From a virus: 64,000 bases of DNA. The notes beneath the pieces are model-generated. The model ran no database searches and had not been told where the DNA came from. It saw only the letters and a list, made by a program, of their open reading frames with translations. The translations under genes and the position numbers were made by a program. Location of the stretch: IMG/VR virus record IMGVR_UViG_3300045988_081376. One strand, given 5' to 3'. How positions within the stretch are numbered: position 1 is the stretch's first letter; each line of letters begins with the position of its first letter. Positions 16,856-24,376 of this stretch are shown here, one piece after another.

Positions 16856-17199
16856 TCCACCTCCTGCATCCAGAACTCGCGGTGGCAGTCAGAGCACAAC
16901 CGGTTTGAACAATTCCCGTATCTGATTCTGCAATCAGCGGAAATGCGTTTTGGGCATACCGCCAAGTACCCAAATGTGTCAATTTCCGTCTCCGGATACT
17001 GCTCCAGAAACACGCTCTGCCGCGTCTTGAGCGGGTGCTCCTTCGACCACTGCTCAACGGCAGCAATGATTTTCTCGTACTCTTCATCGGGTGCGCTGGT
17101 GCCAAGGCCACATCCAGCTCTTTTAAGTGGGCAGCCCTCGCAATGCTTGCATAAGTTGCACATTCTCTTCCGTTCTCTCAAAAATTCTAATGCGTCCAT
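16852..17199 (-). CDS. Cys-rich hypothetical protein
   Basis: Start MDALEFLRERKRMCNLCKHCEGC behind GGAGG. The N-terminal 45 nt are duplicated at 17487-17564. Confidence 0.5.
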   Translation of the reverse strand: MDALEFLRERKRMCNLCKHCEGCPLKRAGCGLGTSAPDEEYEKIIAAVEQWSKEHPLKTRQSVFLEQYPETEIDTFGYLAVCPKRISADCRIRYGNCSNRLCSDCHREFWMQEVE

Positions 17200-17238
17200 A
17201 ATAGTTACCTCCAATTTTTGTTTTGTTAATTGGATTAG

Positions 17239-17427
17239 TTACAAGAGCATGAGCTCTTCAAGAGATAGTTCATTTCGCGCAACTGCCAAAACCTGTCTGT
17301 CTGTTAAGCCGTACTTATCTCTCAACGGCACTAAAATTGCGCACATGTTCTTCTTAGTAAAAAGCACTTCTCCAGATGTAAGCTTTCTGTAAGCCTTCTG
17401 AATTTCCACAGCTGCTTCTAACTGCAT
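17239..17427 (-). CDS. hypothetical small protein
   Basis: ORF track. Confidence 0.4.
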   Translation of the reverse strand: MQLEAAVEIQKAYRKLTSGEVLFTKKNMCAILVPLRDKYGLTDRQVLAVARNELSLEELMLL

Positions 17428-17599
17428 AATTTAGTAATCTCCTTTCAGTTGATGGATTGATGAAATGATCCGTGCAGCGCACCTTGTCAAGAATCAGTTC
17501 TCTTGTTCCACTCTTTGACAGCAGATTCTTTCGTGCGCCCTCTTAAAAATTCTAAAGCGTCCATCTTTACCTCCCTAAAATTTAAAGCTCTCTCTGAGC

Positions 17600-17755
17600 T
17601 TATTCCCGTTGATATCCGCCTCCGCCGTAAAGTAGCGGTGCGCTCGTTGATGTATACGATTCTGCCGTGTACGGTTTGAGCTTTTCGAAACCGCAAATGC
17701 CGCTCGCGCCCTCAAAGGCTGCGGGTGTCCAGCTGTATGTGTCTCCGGTGTTCAT
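17600..17755 (-). CDS. hypothetical small protein (51 aa)
   Basis: MNTGDTYSWTPAAFEGASGICGF... ATGA overlap with the upstream gene stop. Confidence 0.3.
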   Translation of the reverse strand: MNTGDTYSWTPAAFEGASGICGFEKLKPYTAESYTSTSAPLLYGGGGYQRE

Positions 17756-18423
17756 GCGTCCTCCCTTATGTCCCCTCCCCATTGCTCCGCCATAGCTTTA
17801 GCGATGCCGGGGAAGGTCTTTGCGAGGTTTTTTGCTCTATCTGTGGTAAACATGCCTTTGTGCTGTGCCCCATGCTTATGGCTGTAACTGCCACTCGGAC
17901 ACCATGTTGCTACCGGTTCAACGATGTTTGTCGGCTCCAACGGCTGGACACCACGCTCCCACAGCAAGGTTTTTTTGCTAAACGGGTGCCCGTATTGATA
18001 GGGCTGTATGGCTTGGGTTGGCTCTGGATACTCAAAGACTTTACTCGGCGTCGGATTCTCAATCACAACTTTTTCGCAATCCGCTGCCCAAATAGCTAAA
18101 AACAGCGCTTTGCCGCACAAGCCCTCATAATACCGCTTGATATTGAGCTTACCGCCCCTATATAAGTGCCGCGCTCCGGCGTTGCTTGTCTTAGTGCAGG
18201 GAGGGAAAGCAATAATCATATCCCACCGTCCCACATCATGGGTCTGTCCATCCATAGTGGTCACTTGCCCCCCCTCGATGGCCTTGAGCGCATCGCCTAA
18301 GATATGCCACTCCGGGTGTCCGCCGGACGGCTCCTGAATGTCACAGGAATATGCCTCATGTCCCAATGCCCGGAACGCTTTGCAAACTTCCTGCGATTCC
18401 TCGCAGGCAACTAAAACCTTCAT
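17752..18423 (-). CDS. DNA (cytosine-5) methyltransferase-like protein
   Basis: FPPCT (motif IV-like), VIENP (motif VI-like) and a C-terminal FPGIAKAMAEQW. The N-terminus VLVACEESQ replaces the usual FxGxG, so activity is uncertain. Confidence 0.45.
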   Translation of the reverse strand: MKVLVACEESQEVCKAFRALGHEAYSCDIQEPSGGHPEWHILGDALKAIEGGQVTTMDGQTHDVGRWDMIIAFPPCTKTSNAGARHLYRGGKLNIKRYYEGLCGKALFLAIWAADCEKVVIENPTPSKVFEYPEPTQAIQPYQYGHPFSKKTLLWERGVQPLEPTNIVEPVATWCPSGSYSHKHGAQHKGMFTTDRAKNLAKTFPGIAKAMAEQWGGDIREDA

Positions 18424-18424
18424 C

Positions 18425-19504
18425 TCAATACCTCACTCCGATAAAATCCAGCACTCGGCCATAGCCGAGGCCCTTTTCATTTGGCTTCCACATCCCGTCA
18501 GCAGGATCGTAAGCCCCGCCGCCGATGCAGAACTCATAGTGCTTCGGATGCGTGTGCTTCATGCGCTCGAATCGGTTCTCGCCCTTTTCGAGATGTGCGC
18601 CAAATGCGCAGAACATACAGCCTGTGCGCTGGCAACCCGTGCAATGCAGCTTGCAGTCGATCAGCGTTTTGGTGTAGTCGTTCTCGCCGTCACTGGCCAC
18701 AATGTCACCGTAGACACTTGCGATAGGGATTTGCCGGTCTACGATAAACCGTAATACGTCCTGCTCCGTCCAGAAACTCATGGGCTTAGATAAGGGACGC
18801 CTTCCTTCAAAGGCGTTGCAGCCGGTTTCGCGCCATTTTTGCATACGCAGAAGACTTTCCTCCGCCATTGTTGCCGTCGTGGGCTTGACATCCGCTCGGT
18901 GCTCATAGCTCTTTGACGGGGACTTTTTCATAATTCCACAGCACTTGTCTGATATGAGAAATGGAGCCGAAAGCAAATACTCCCACTTTTCACAGTTGTA
19001 CATACTCTTTTCCCCATCGGCGCGTAAGACTTCCCCTCGCAATAGCTTCATACTTCGGCTATCTGGTGAACGCCGCGCGGTTTCTATCCTGTGCGCTACG
19101 TCTTTACCGATGATGCTGTACCCGTACTTCGTCACCACCTGCCGAATGTTCATCTTCGGGCGTAGACGGTGAAGGTTTACGGTCACGCGGGGAAACTCCC
19201 TCCGCAGCCAGTCGGCGTACTCATTGACGAACTTCTGTATCTCCGGGTACTCCAGCCCTGTGTTCACAAACACCAAGTGCAGCTCCCACGGCGGTGCCCT
19301 GAAACTCGACAGGTAACGCGCCGCCAAGTATGCCAGCACCGCGCTATCCTTTCCACCGGAAAAACTGACATAGCACCTCCCGCCCCATGCGGTGTACCAC
19401 TGGTCGAGCTTTTCGTAAGTCAGGATTTCTTTGTCTTCCAGATCGAGTGCTAAGAGCTGTTTCGCCGCCTCTTTCGGAATCGGCTGATTGCTATACTCTT
19501 CCAT
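18425..19504 (-). CDS. PAPS-reductase-like PP-loop protein with C-terminal Cys cluster
   Basis: SFSGGKDSAVLAYLAARY PP-loop. C-terminal CTGCQRTGCMFCAFG cluster. Confidence 0.8.
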   Translation of the reverse strand: MEEYSNQPIPKEAAKQLLALDLEDKEILTYEKLDQWYTAWGGRCYVSFSGGKDSAVLAYLAARYLSSFRAPPWELHLVFVNTGLEYPEIQKFVNEYADWLRREFPRVTVNLHRLRPKMNIRQVVTKYGYSIIGKDVAHRIETARRSPDSRSMKLLRGEVLRADGEKSMYNCEKWEYLLSAPFLISDKCCGIMKKSPSKSYEHRADVKPTTATMAEESLLRMQKWRETGCNAFEGRRPLSKPMSFWTEQDVLRFIVDRQIPIASVYGDIVASDGENDYTKTLIDCKLHCTGCQRTGCMFCAFGAHLEKGENRFERMKHTHPKHYEFCIGGGAYDPADGMWKPNEKGLGYGRVLDFIGVRY

Positions 19505-19745
19505 CGCGCACCTCGCATTCTCCGAACAACTCCCGGAACGTCTGCCCGGTCAGGTCTTCCAGCGCAAGCAGCCCTCTGATAGTCGCATCAATATCGCCCT
19601 TGATAAAGCGCGAAATGTTGCTCTGGTGGATGCCGGTCGCCGCGCCGAGCGTCGTCTGGTTGTAGTCAGTCTTTTCAAGCGCCGCCTTGAGCGCCGGATA
19701 CACGCAGCGCTCCCACGGGGTTTTGCTCATAACAAATCGGCTCAT
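19491..19745 (-). CDS. small HTH protein
   Basis: Start MSRFVMSK (ATGA overlap). TTLGAATGIHQSNISRFIKGD HTH-like. Confidence 0.5.
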   Translation of the reverse strand: MSRFVMSKTPWERCVYPALKAALEKTDYNQTTLGAATGIHQSNISRFIKGDIDATIRGLLALEDLTGQTFRELFGECEVRDGRV

Positions 19746-19975
19746 GATGGTTCTCTCCCAAAATATTTTTCGTATTCCTCGTTGCTCCACTCCGTCCACA
19801 CGGAGACGAACCGGCGCTTTTTCTTCGGGTCTTTCCGCACGGCGGAAACGGAGTGCGATACTTGGCTGATATCCACGCCACACCTTTTTGCCAGCTCGGA
19901 TGGGGAATCTGCGACGCAGGTCACGATGCCCGCGTGCTTATAATCAAGCGCGAGATATAACTGCCTGCGTATCAT
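19742..19975 (-). CDS. hypothetical protein
   Basis: ORF track. Coupled to the downstream gene. Confidence 0.45.
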   Translation of the reverse strand: MIRRQLYLALDYKHAGIVTCVADSPSELAKRCGVDISQVSHSVSAVRKDPKKKRRFVSVWTEWSNEEYEKYFGREPS

Positions 19976-19987
19976 CTTTTTCGCTCC

Positions 19988-20182
19988 TCATTTCAGTCGT
20001 TGATAGCGGCGCGTCTTGAAATGGCGCGCGCCTAAGTAATCGTCTTTCTCCTGTGTCTGGCGTGCTTCTTCTTGCTTCGTCGTGTTGTGCTTGGCAATGT
20101 CCGCCTGATAGTACGGGCACTTGTTGTAGCAGCCGGGATACCGCGTCGGCGGTAAGCAGGATTGGCAGTGCTCAAAGCTCAT
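19988..20182 (-). CDS. small Cys-rich hypothetical protein
   Basis: ORF track. CQSC...CYNKCPYY. Confidence 0.4.
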   Translation of the reverse strand: MSFEHCQSCLPPTRYPGCYNKCPYYQADIAKHNTTKQEEARQTQEKDDYLGARHFKTRRYQRLK

Positions 20183-20415
20183 CTCACACCCTCCGTTTTC
20201 ACAAAATGCAAAACCATGTCATACCCCTGATCGGTTTCGATGATGTCCCACGAGTGTCCTTCACTAAGTTCATGACCGTCTCGGATCTCGATCCGCCGAT
20301 CTTTGCTGTCGCCATCGGCATCGCTGTTTTTATATTTCAAGTACGGATAATGCGTCTGCGAGCAGCCGACCAGCAGCACCGTAACCGTCGCCGCAGCGAT
20401 TAGGATTCGTTTCAT
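20179..20415 (-). CDS. phage lipoprotein
   Basis: MKRILIAAATVTVLLVGC signal peptide with lipobox behind AAGGAGAGGG. Confidence 0.6.
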   Translation of the reverse strand: MKRILIAAATVTVLLVGCSQTHYPYLKYKNSDADGDSKDRRIEIRDGHELSEGHSWDIIETDQGYDMVLHFVKTEGVR

Positions 20416-21016
20416 TTCCCTCTCCTTCATTCCGCGGCGGGCGCGGCAGCGGCTGGTAGATCGTTTGTGTGTTTCTCATCCACGGTGTCAGCCAGACGCA
20501 CCACATCACATCCATCAGGGGACTGCCGCTATCGCCGTCCCCTCGTTCCTTAAAGAAGAAATCGGGGCGCCACGTCAGGGGAAGTATGTAGCTCGGCGGG
20601 ATCTCTTCAAAAAGTGCCATTCTCTTCGCCGCGTGCCAATACTGTGACTTGAGCAGCATCGCAAAGGGCTTTTGAATTTCCGCTGCACGGCGAATAAAAT
20701 CCTCCGCCAGCGAAAACGGCGGGTTCGTGATGATCCAATCAAAGCTTGTGAGAATTCTTTTGAAAATACCGGGGCTTAAAAAGTCGAACCCTTCGGATAT
20801 ATCCGTTCCGAATGAGCTGCCATATCCGCACGCCCTGATCACGTCCAGCATATCCCCCTCGCCCGCCGCAGGCTCCCAAATGGTCGTATTTTTCGGCAGG
20901 TTCAGAAATTGAAGAAGGGCGACCGTCGCCTCCGGCGGCGTCGGGTAAAAGTCGGCCTGTCTGCGCCCTCTCGCGCTGTTGCCGCCAGCTATCCTGCTCG
21001 CATTCAAGCTATCCAT
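20330..21016 (-). CDS. N6-adenine-type DNA methyltransferase (NPPF class)
   Basis: ADFYPTPP, WEPAAGEGDM (SAM site) and ITNPPF motifs. ATG at 21016 behind GGGAGG. The 3' end overlaps the lipoprotein gene by 86 nt. Confidence 0.8.
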   Translation of the reverse strand: MDSLNASRIAGGNSARGRRQADFYPTPPEATVALLQFLNLPKNTTIWEPAAGEGDMLDVIRACGYGSSFGTDISEGFDFLSPGIFKRILTSFDWIITNPPFSLAEDFIRRAAEIQKPFAMLLKSQYWHAAKRMALFEEIPPSYILPLTWRPDFFFKERGDGDSGSPLMDVMWCVWLTPWMRNTQTIYQPLPRPPRNEGEGNETNPNRCGDGYGAAGRLLADALSVLEI

Positions 21017-21018
21017 AT

Positions 21019-21702
21019 TCAACCTCCCGCAAACAAACTGATCTGCGCTGTGTGTTCCGCAAAGCGCTTTTCCTGCGCCTGAAAATAGTGAGGGTCGATC
21101 TCGCACCCAACAAAATCAAAGCCAAGATCATAGGCGGCTATGCGGCTGCTGCCGCTGCCCAAGTGGGTGTCCAGTATCTTGTCTCCCGGTTTGGCGTACT
21201 TCTGCAAAATCCATGTGTACAAAGCCACTGGCTTTTGCGTTGGATGAATTCGCACTTCGTTCAGCGCCTTGTTTCCCTGCTGTGTTGTGCCGTCCCTGAT
21301 GCTTTTCCCTTGAAACATCCCGTTCCACATATAGCGGAATATCCGAACGCTGTCATGAACGTTTGTCGCCGCGATCTCGCAGTCCGAAAAGGAGCTACTG
21401 TCGTTGCACTTATCCCAAACGATACGCCCCGGTGGAAACACGACGTCGAAGTAATTGCAGCCCCAGACAATGTACTTTTTCGCCACGCGCGCCAGTTCGA
21501 AAAAATAGTCAATTCCCGGAACATCCCACTTCGGTGATATGGGATAGTCTCGATGTACGCCAATGGGGCTGATCTTACAGCCATAATAGCCACGCCGCTC
21601 CGGACCGCTGAAATATGGAGGGTCTACCACAGCCAGATCGAACGCCTTGTCCGGTGTCGCCCGCATATACTCCATGCAGTCCGTGTTATATGCTACGTTC
21701 AA
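21019..21702 (-). CDS. N4/N6 DNA methyltransferase (DPPY class)
   Basis: VVDPPY, IHPTQKPVAL and DTHLGSGSS motifs. Confidence 0.85.
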   Translation of the reverse strand: MNVAYNTDCMEYMRATPDKAFDLAVVDPPYFSGPERRGYYGCKISPIGVHRDYPISPKWDVPGIDYFFELARVAKKYIVWGCNYFDVVFPPGRIVWDKCNDSSSFSDCEIAATNVHDSVRIFRYMWNGMFQGKSIRDGTTQQGNKALNEVRIHPTQKPVALYTWILQKYAKPGDKILDTHLGSGSSRIAAYDLGFDFVGCEIDPHYFQAQEKRFAEHTAQISLFAGG

Positions 21703-21992
21703 CCCTGCTTCCCTCCTTCAATCACAGTAAACGCTTCCCGGCGCATGACCGCTACGCGAGACCTCTTCTGTTCCAAATACTCTTTCTGCGCTTTATACTT
21801 CGCCGGTAGGCGAAATTTTTCACACGATTTTCGCCATTGGCTCCGCTTCGTATAGTCCCTATCGAACCATTTGCACTCATCACAGCAGTAACACACGTCC
21901 TCCACGTCCTTGACCTCTCCCGGCGTGAAGTATGCGCTGAATAACTCGCAGTTATAGAGACAGTTATTGCAGGCACACCCATAGCAGCTCAT
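21699..21992 (-). CDS. Cys-rich hypothetical protein
   Basis: MSCYGCACNNCLYNCE...CYCCDEC. Confidence 0.45.
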   Translation of the reverse strand: MSCYGCACNNCLYNCELFSAYFTPGEVKDVEDVCYCCDECKWFDRDYTKRSQWRKSCEKFRLPAKYKAQKEYLEQKRSRVAVMRREAFTVIEGGKQG

Positions 21993-22366
21993 TCCGCATC
22001 TCCATCGCTATCGGCGGTGAGATTTTCAAGAACCGACTCGACACTCATGTTGTAGAGCATGGTCTTAATCAGTTCCGCCGTCTCGCCGAGTTTGTCAATA
22101 TCCTTTGCTCCGTAAGTCCACCGCGCAGTGAAAGTCACCATCGGCGCGCCTGTCGGACCATAGAAGAAACAGGCATCCACGCTGTCACAGTAGAGGTAAC
22201 TGTTTTTTCGTGGTGTGCTCGCCTTCCCTCCAAAACGTGTCATAGCGTGCTCTGCCATCGTTGCGGGAGGTGTGGCGACGATGTGTCCATCCATGTTTGA
22301 TGATCTGGCCGCGCGATGAAGCATGGATTTCTGCTGCTCTTTTGTGAACATATCGCTCAACTCCAT
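21989..22366 (-). CDS. hypothetical protein (first gene of the leftward modification operon)
   Basis: ORF track. Preceded by the conserved promoter box at 22387-22422. Confidence 0.45.
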   Translation of the reverse strand: MELSDMFTKEQQKSMLHRAARSSNMDGHIVATPPATMAEHAMTRFGGKASTPRKNSYLYCDSVDACFFYGPTGAPMVTFTARWTYGAKDIDKLGETAELIKTMLYNMSVESVLENLTADSDGDAE

Positions 22367-22386
22367 TCTGTTGGTTGTCTGATTTC

Positions 22387-22422
22387 ATTGTATAAGCTCC
22401 CCCCAAACGAATTTTTGCCGCC
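22387..22422 (-). promoter_or_regulatory. conserved promoter box, copy 3 (GGCGGCAAAAATTCGTTTGG ... TACAAT)
   Basis: Minus strand reads GGCGGCAAAAATTCGTTTGGGGGGAGCTTATACAAT. The first 20 nt are identical to 28071-28090. Confidence 0.55.
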
Positions 22423-22821
22423 TCTGCACCGCCTGCGTACCCGCGCTTTATCTCCCGTCAGCATCCTTGTTTCGTCCTTACTGCCTCCCCTGCACGTCGC
22501 CGGACACTACGGTGCGAAGCGCCCGCGCAAAATTTTAAAATAGAGACATCACGCGCGAAGCGTTTTTATAAATTTTTTTCGGAAGGCCTTTTTGTTTTTT
22601 GGATTTTTCGCCACGCTTTCAAAACCACCCCCCCTATGTCTTGTTGACCTCACCAATACGTTAAGGCGGTGAACGTGTGTGGGGAAGGGAGAGTTATGGG
22701 GCTTGTGCGCCTGAGAAAGTCGCTTCGAATCGTAAACCACCCCCGCCCAGCCGGAGACGATCGCACCCGCCCAGCAGACCCGGACGAGGCCGCGCAGGCC
22801 CGCGGAAAGACGCCAAAAGCC

Positions 22822-22872
22822 GGTAACTGTTTCACTTATTGATAATAAGCACAACAGTTACCGCCATTTTTT
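22822..22872 (+). terminator. long compound hairpin with T-run (terminator-like, no upstream + strand gene)
   Basis: GGTAACTGTT (22822-31) / AACAGTTACC (22853-62) enclosing the CTTATT-GAT-AATAAG palindrome, then GCCATTTTTTG. Confidence 0.4.
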
Positions 22873-22887
22873 GTTGCATTTGCAACA
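22872..22887. repeat. 16-bp palindrome TGTTGCA-TT-TGCAACA, copy 1
   Basis: Identical 18-nt TGTTGCATTTGCAACAGT recurs at 23012-23029. Confidence 0.6.
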
Positions 22888-23011
22888 GTCGTTCGTCAAC
22901 CTGCACAACGAGTGAGCGGCACGGCTCTCGCCCGACCTTCCGAGATAGTAAACACTTGTTGACTATCAATCACAGTTAACCTTTCTGCCGTTCCGCTCTC
23001 TTCGCTCAATG

Positions 23012-23027
23012 TGTTGCATTTGCAACA
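23012..23027. repeat. 16-bp palindrome TGTTGCA-TT-TGCAACA, copy 2
   Basis: 140 bp from copy 1, same orientation. Confidence 0.6.
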
Positions 23028-23211
23028 GTTCGCAGCCCTCACCCATGAACAAGCCGGGTTTGGCGACTCTTCCACCCCTCCCCGTTTTTTTGCTCTTTTT
23101 GCCTGTATTTGAAAACAAAGAATAATATAGTGTACTGAAAACGGGCGCGGGATAAACGCGCGCGCGTACAGCCTCAGGGCTTTTCCCAGTGCTCGCATAC
23201 GGCAGGGCATG

Positions 23212-23438
23212 AGAAAAACCCGCTGGGGCGTTCCCTGCGGGCTGTGGCGGTGGTTTATGGCGTTGTGGTTGGGTTAGATGATGTATAGCGTGCCGTTAAC
23301 GTCAAGGCTTACGCCCTCTTGCTGCATGTCCTGCTTGATCTAGCGGCAAAGCTCGACGACTTCGGCGGCGTGTTCCTGCACGGCTTCCGGCGTGGCGGCG
23401 CTGTAAACGATCGTTACACCCTCGCCGACATGGCAGTT
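23212..23438 (-). ncRNA. candidate small RNA (about 225 nt) defined by an extended -10 promoter and an intrinsic terminator
   Basis: Minus-strand TGGTATAAT at 23453-23445. Terminator CCCGCAGGG-AACGC-CCCAGCGGG (23241-23219) followed by TTTTTCTC. No credible ORF with an RBS in between. Confidence 0.4.
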
Positions 23439-23533
23439 CAAACAATTATACCACTCATATTTTGTACACTTCGCGCAAATCGAGAATAAAATAATCGTCT
23501 GACAGTCGCCGACTGGTTGCCGATTGGTCGGCC

Positions 23534-23573
23534 GGATACATGACGGATACAACCTGTATACATGATGGATACA
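23534..23573. repeat. four phased heptamers (GGATACA x3, GTATACA x1) at 11-bp spacing
   Basis: GGATACA-tgac-GGATACA-acct-GTATACA-tgat-GGATACA. Also readable as two 17-mers at 23536-23552 and 23558-23574. Confidence 0.55.
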
Positions 23574-23590
23574 AGGCAAAGCGCCGGGGA

Positions 23591-24301
23591 TTACTCCCCA
23601 GCGCTTTTATTTTTTGGCTTGTTCCAGCCCTCCCGCTCGAATATTTCCGCCCAGGTTGTCGGCGTTCCGTCTTCGTGCCACACATACGCGGGCTTTGGCT
23701 CTTCCGTTTTCTTTTTCGGGGCGGGGTATGGGGCTTCCTTTGGCTTTTCGATCTGCAAGGGCTTGTGCATGTTCCCGCTTAATCTGATAATTTTTTCCGT
23801 TTCATCTGCTCCGATCTTGACCCATTTATCAACAAAATCGTTGATGCTGACGGACTTTTTCCCGGCCGCGACCGCCGCCGCTTCGTAAATCTCACTTTTC
23901 ACGCTGCAAGCGGTTCGCCCGTTTTCGGCTTCCGGCACGTTCTGAGCGCTTTTTTCTTCCTCCGAGGTTAGACATACTACCCCACCCGCTAAAATCGCTC
24001 CTGCGGCTTCCTGTGTCGATTCTGTGGCATTTTCTGCGGCGGGTGTCGGTTGCCATTTCTCCCGCTTTGTGTCGTAGCCGCGCGCCTCTGCGATTTGCGG
24101 CAATGAGTTATCGAGCGTCAGCGCCAACCCGCTGCGCTGCTCCACCGCTTCCAGAATATAGCGGTTTACGCTTTGACCGTCAGCGGCGGCAGCTTCTTTA
24201 ATTCTTTCTCGGCTCCCTTTGGGGACAACAACAGAAATTCTTTCATAATTCTCTTTGTTGTACTTATTCGGGTCCCATGAACTATTTTCTTTTTTTGGCA
24301 C
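23591..24301 (-). CDS. ribbon-helix-helix (Arc/CopG-like) regulator with long C-terminal extension
   Basis: YERISVVVPKGSRERIKEAAAADGQSVNRYILEAVEQ RHH motif. GTG start behind AGGAGG. Divergent from the operator array. Confidence 0.65.
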   Translation of the reverse strand: MPKKENSSWDPNKYNKENYERISVVVPKGSRERIKEAAAADGQSVNRYILEAVEQRSGLALTLDNSLPQIAEARGYDTKREKWQPTPAAENATESTQEAAGAILAGGVVCLTSEEEKSAQNVPEAENGRTACSVKSEIYEAAAVAAGKKSVSINDFVDKWVKIGADETEKIIRLSGNMHKPLQIEKPKEAPYPAPKKKTEEPKPAYVWHEDGTPTTWAEIFEREGWNKPKNKSAGE

Positions 24302-24320
24302 AGTGTCGCCTCCTTTCTTC

Positions 24321-24351
24321 CGAATATACTATATGTAAACTGCTCAGTTTG
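24321..24351 (-). promoter_or_regulatory. leftward promoter for the RHH gene
   Basis: Minus strand reads TTGCAA, 17-nt spacer, TAGTAT. Confidence 0.45.
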
Positions 24352-24376
24352 CAAGCTTTTCCTAGAAAAAACATTT

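Noticed and set aside
23270-23450. Possible TAG read-through gene (…VVELCR-TAG-IKQDMQQEG…), considered together with the odd tRNAs as evidence for stop-codon recoding
   Set aside because: Across the window long ORFs are uninterrupted in the standard code. TAG is used as a genuine stop (for example 11217..11708). None of the tRNA-like genes has a CUA, UCA or UUA anticodon in a credible loop. The frame also lacks a start and RBS, so it is treated as a relic inside an sRNA candidate.
22549-23579. Three minus-strand ORFs (22549..22854, 22896..23210, 23340..23579) in the ORF-poor region
   Set aside because: They have no RBS and alternative start codons, and their translations are implausible. They run straight through palindromes, terminators and the phased heptamer array. 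23340..23579 begins inside the repeat array and lacks an in-frame ATG.
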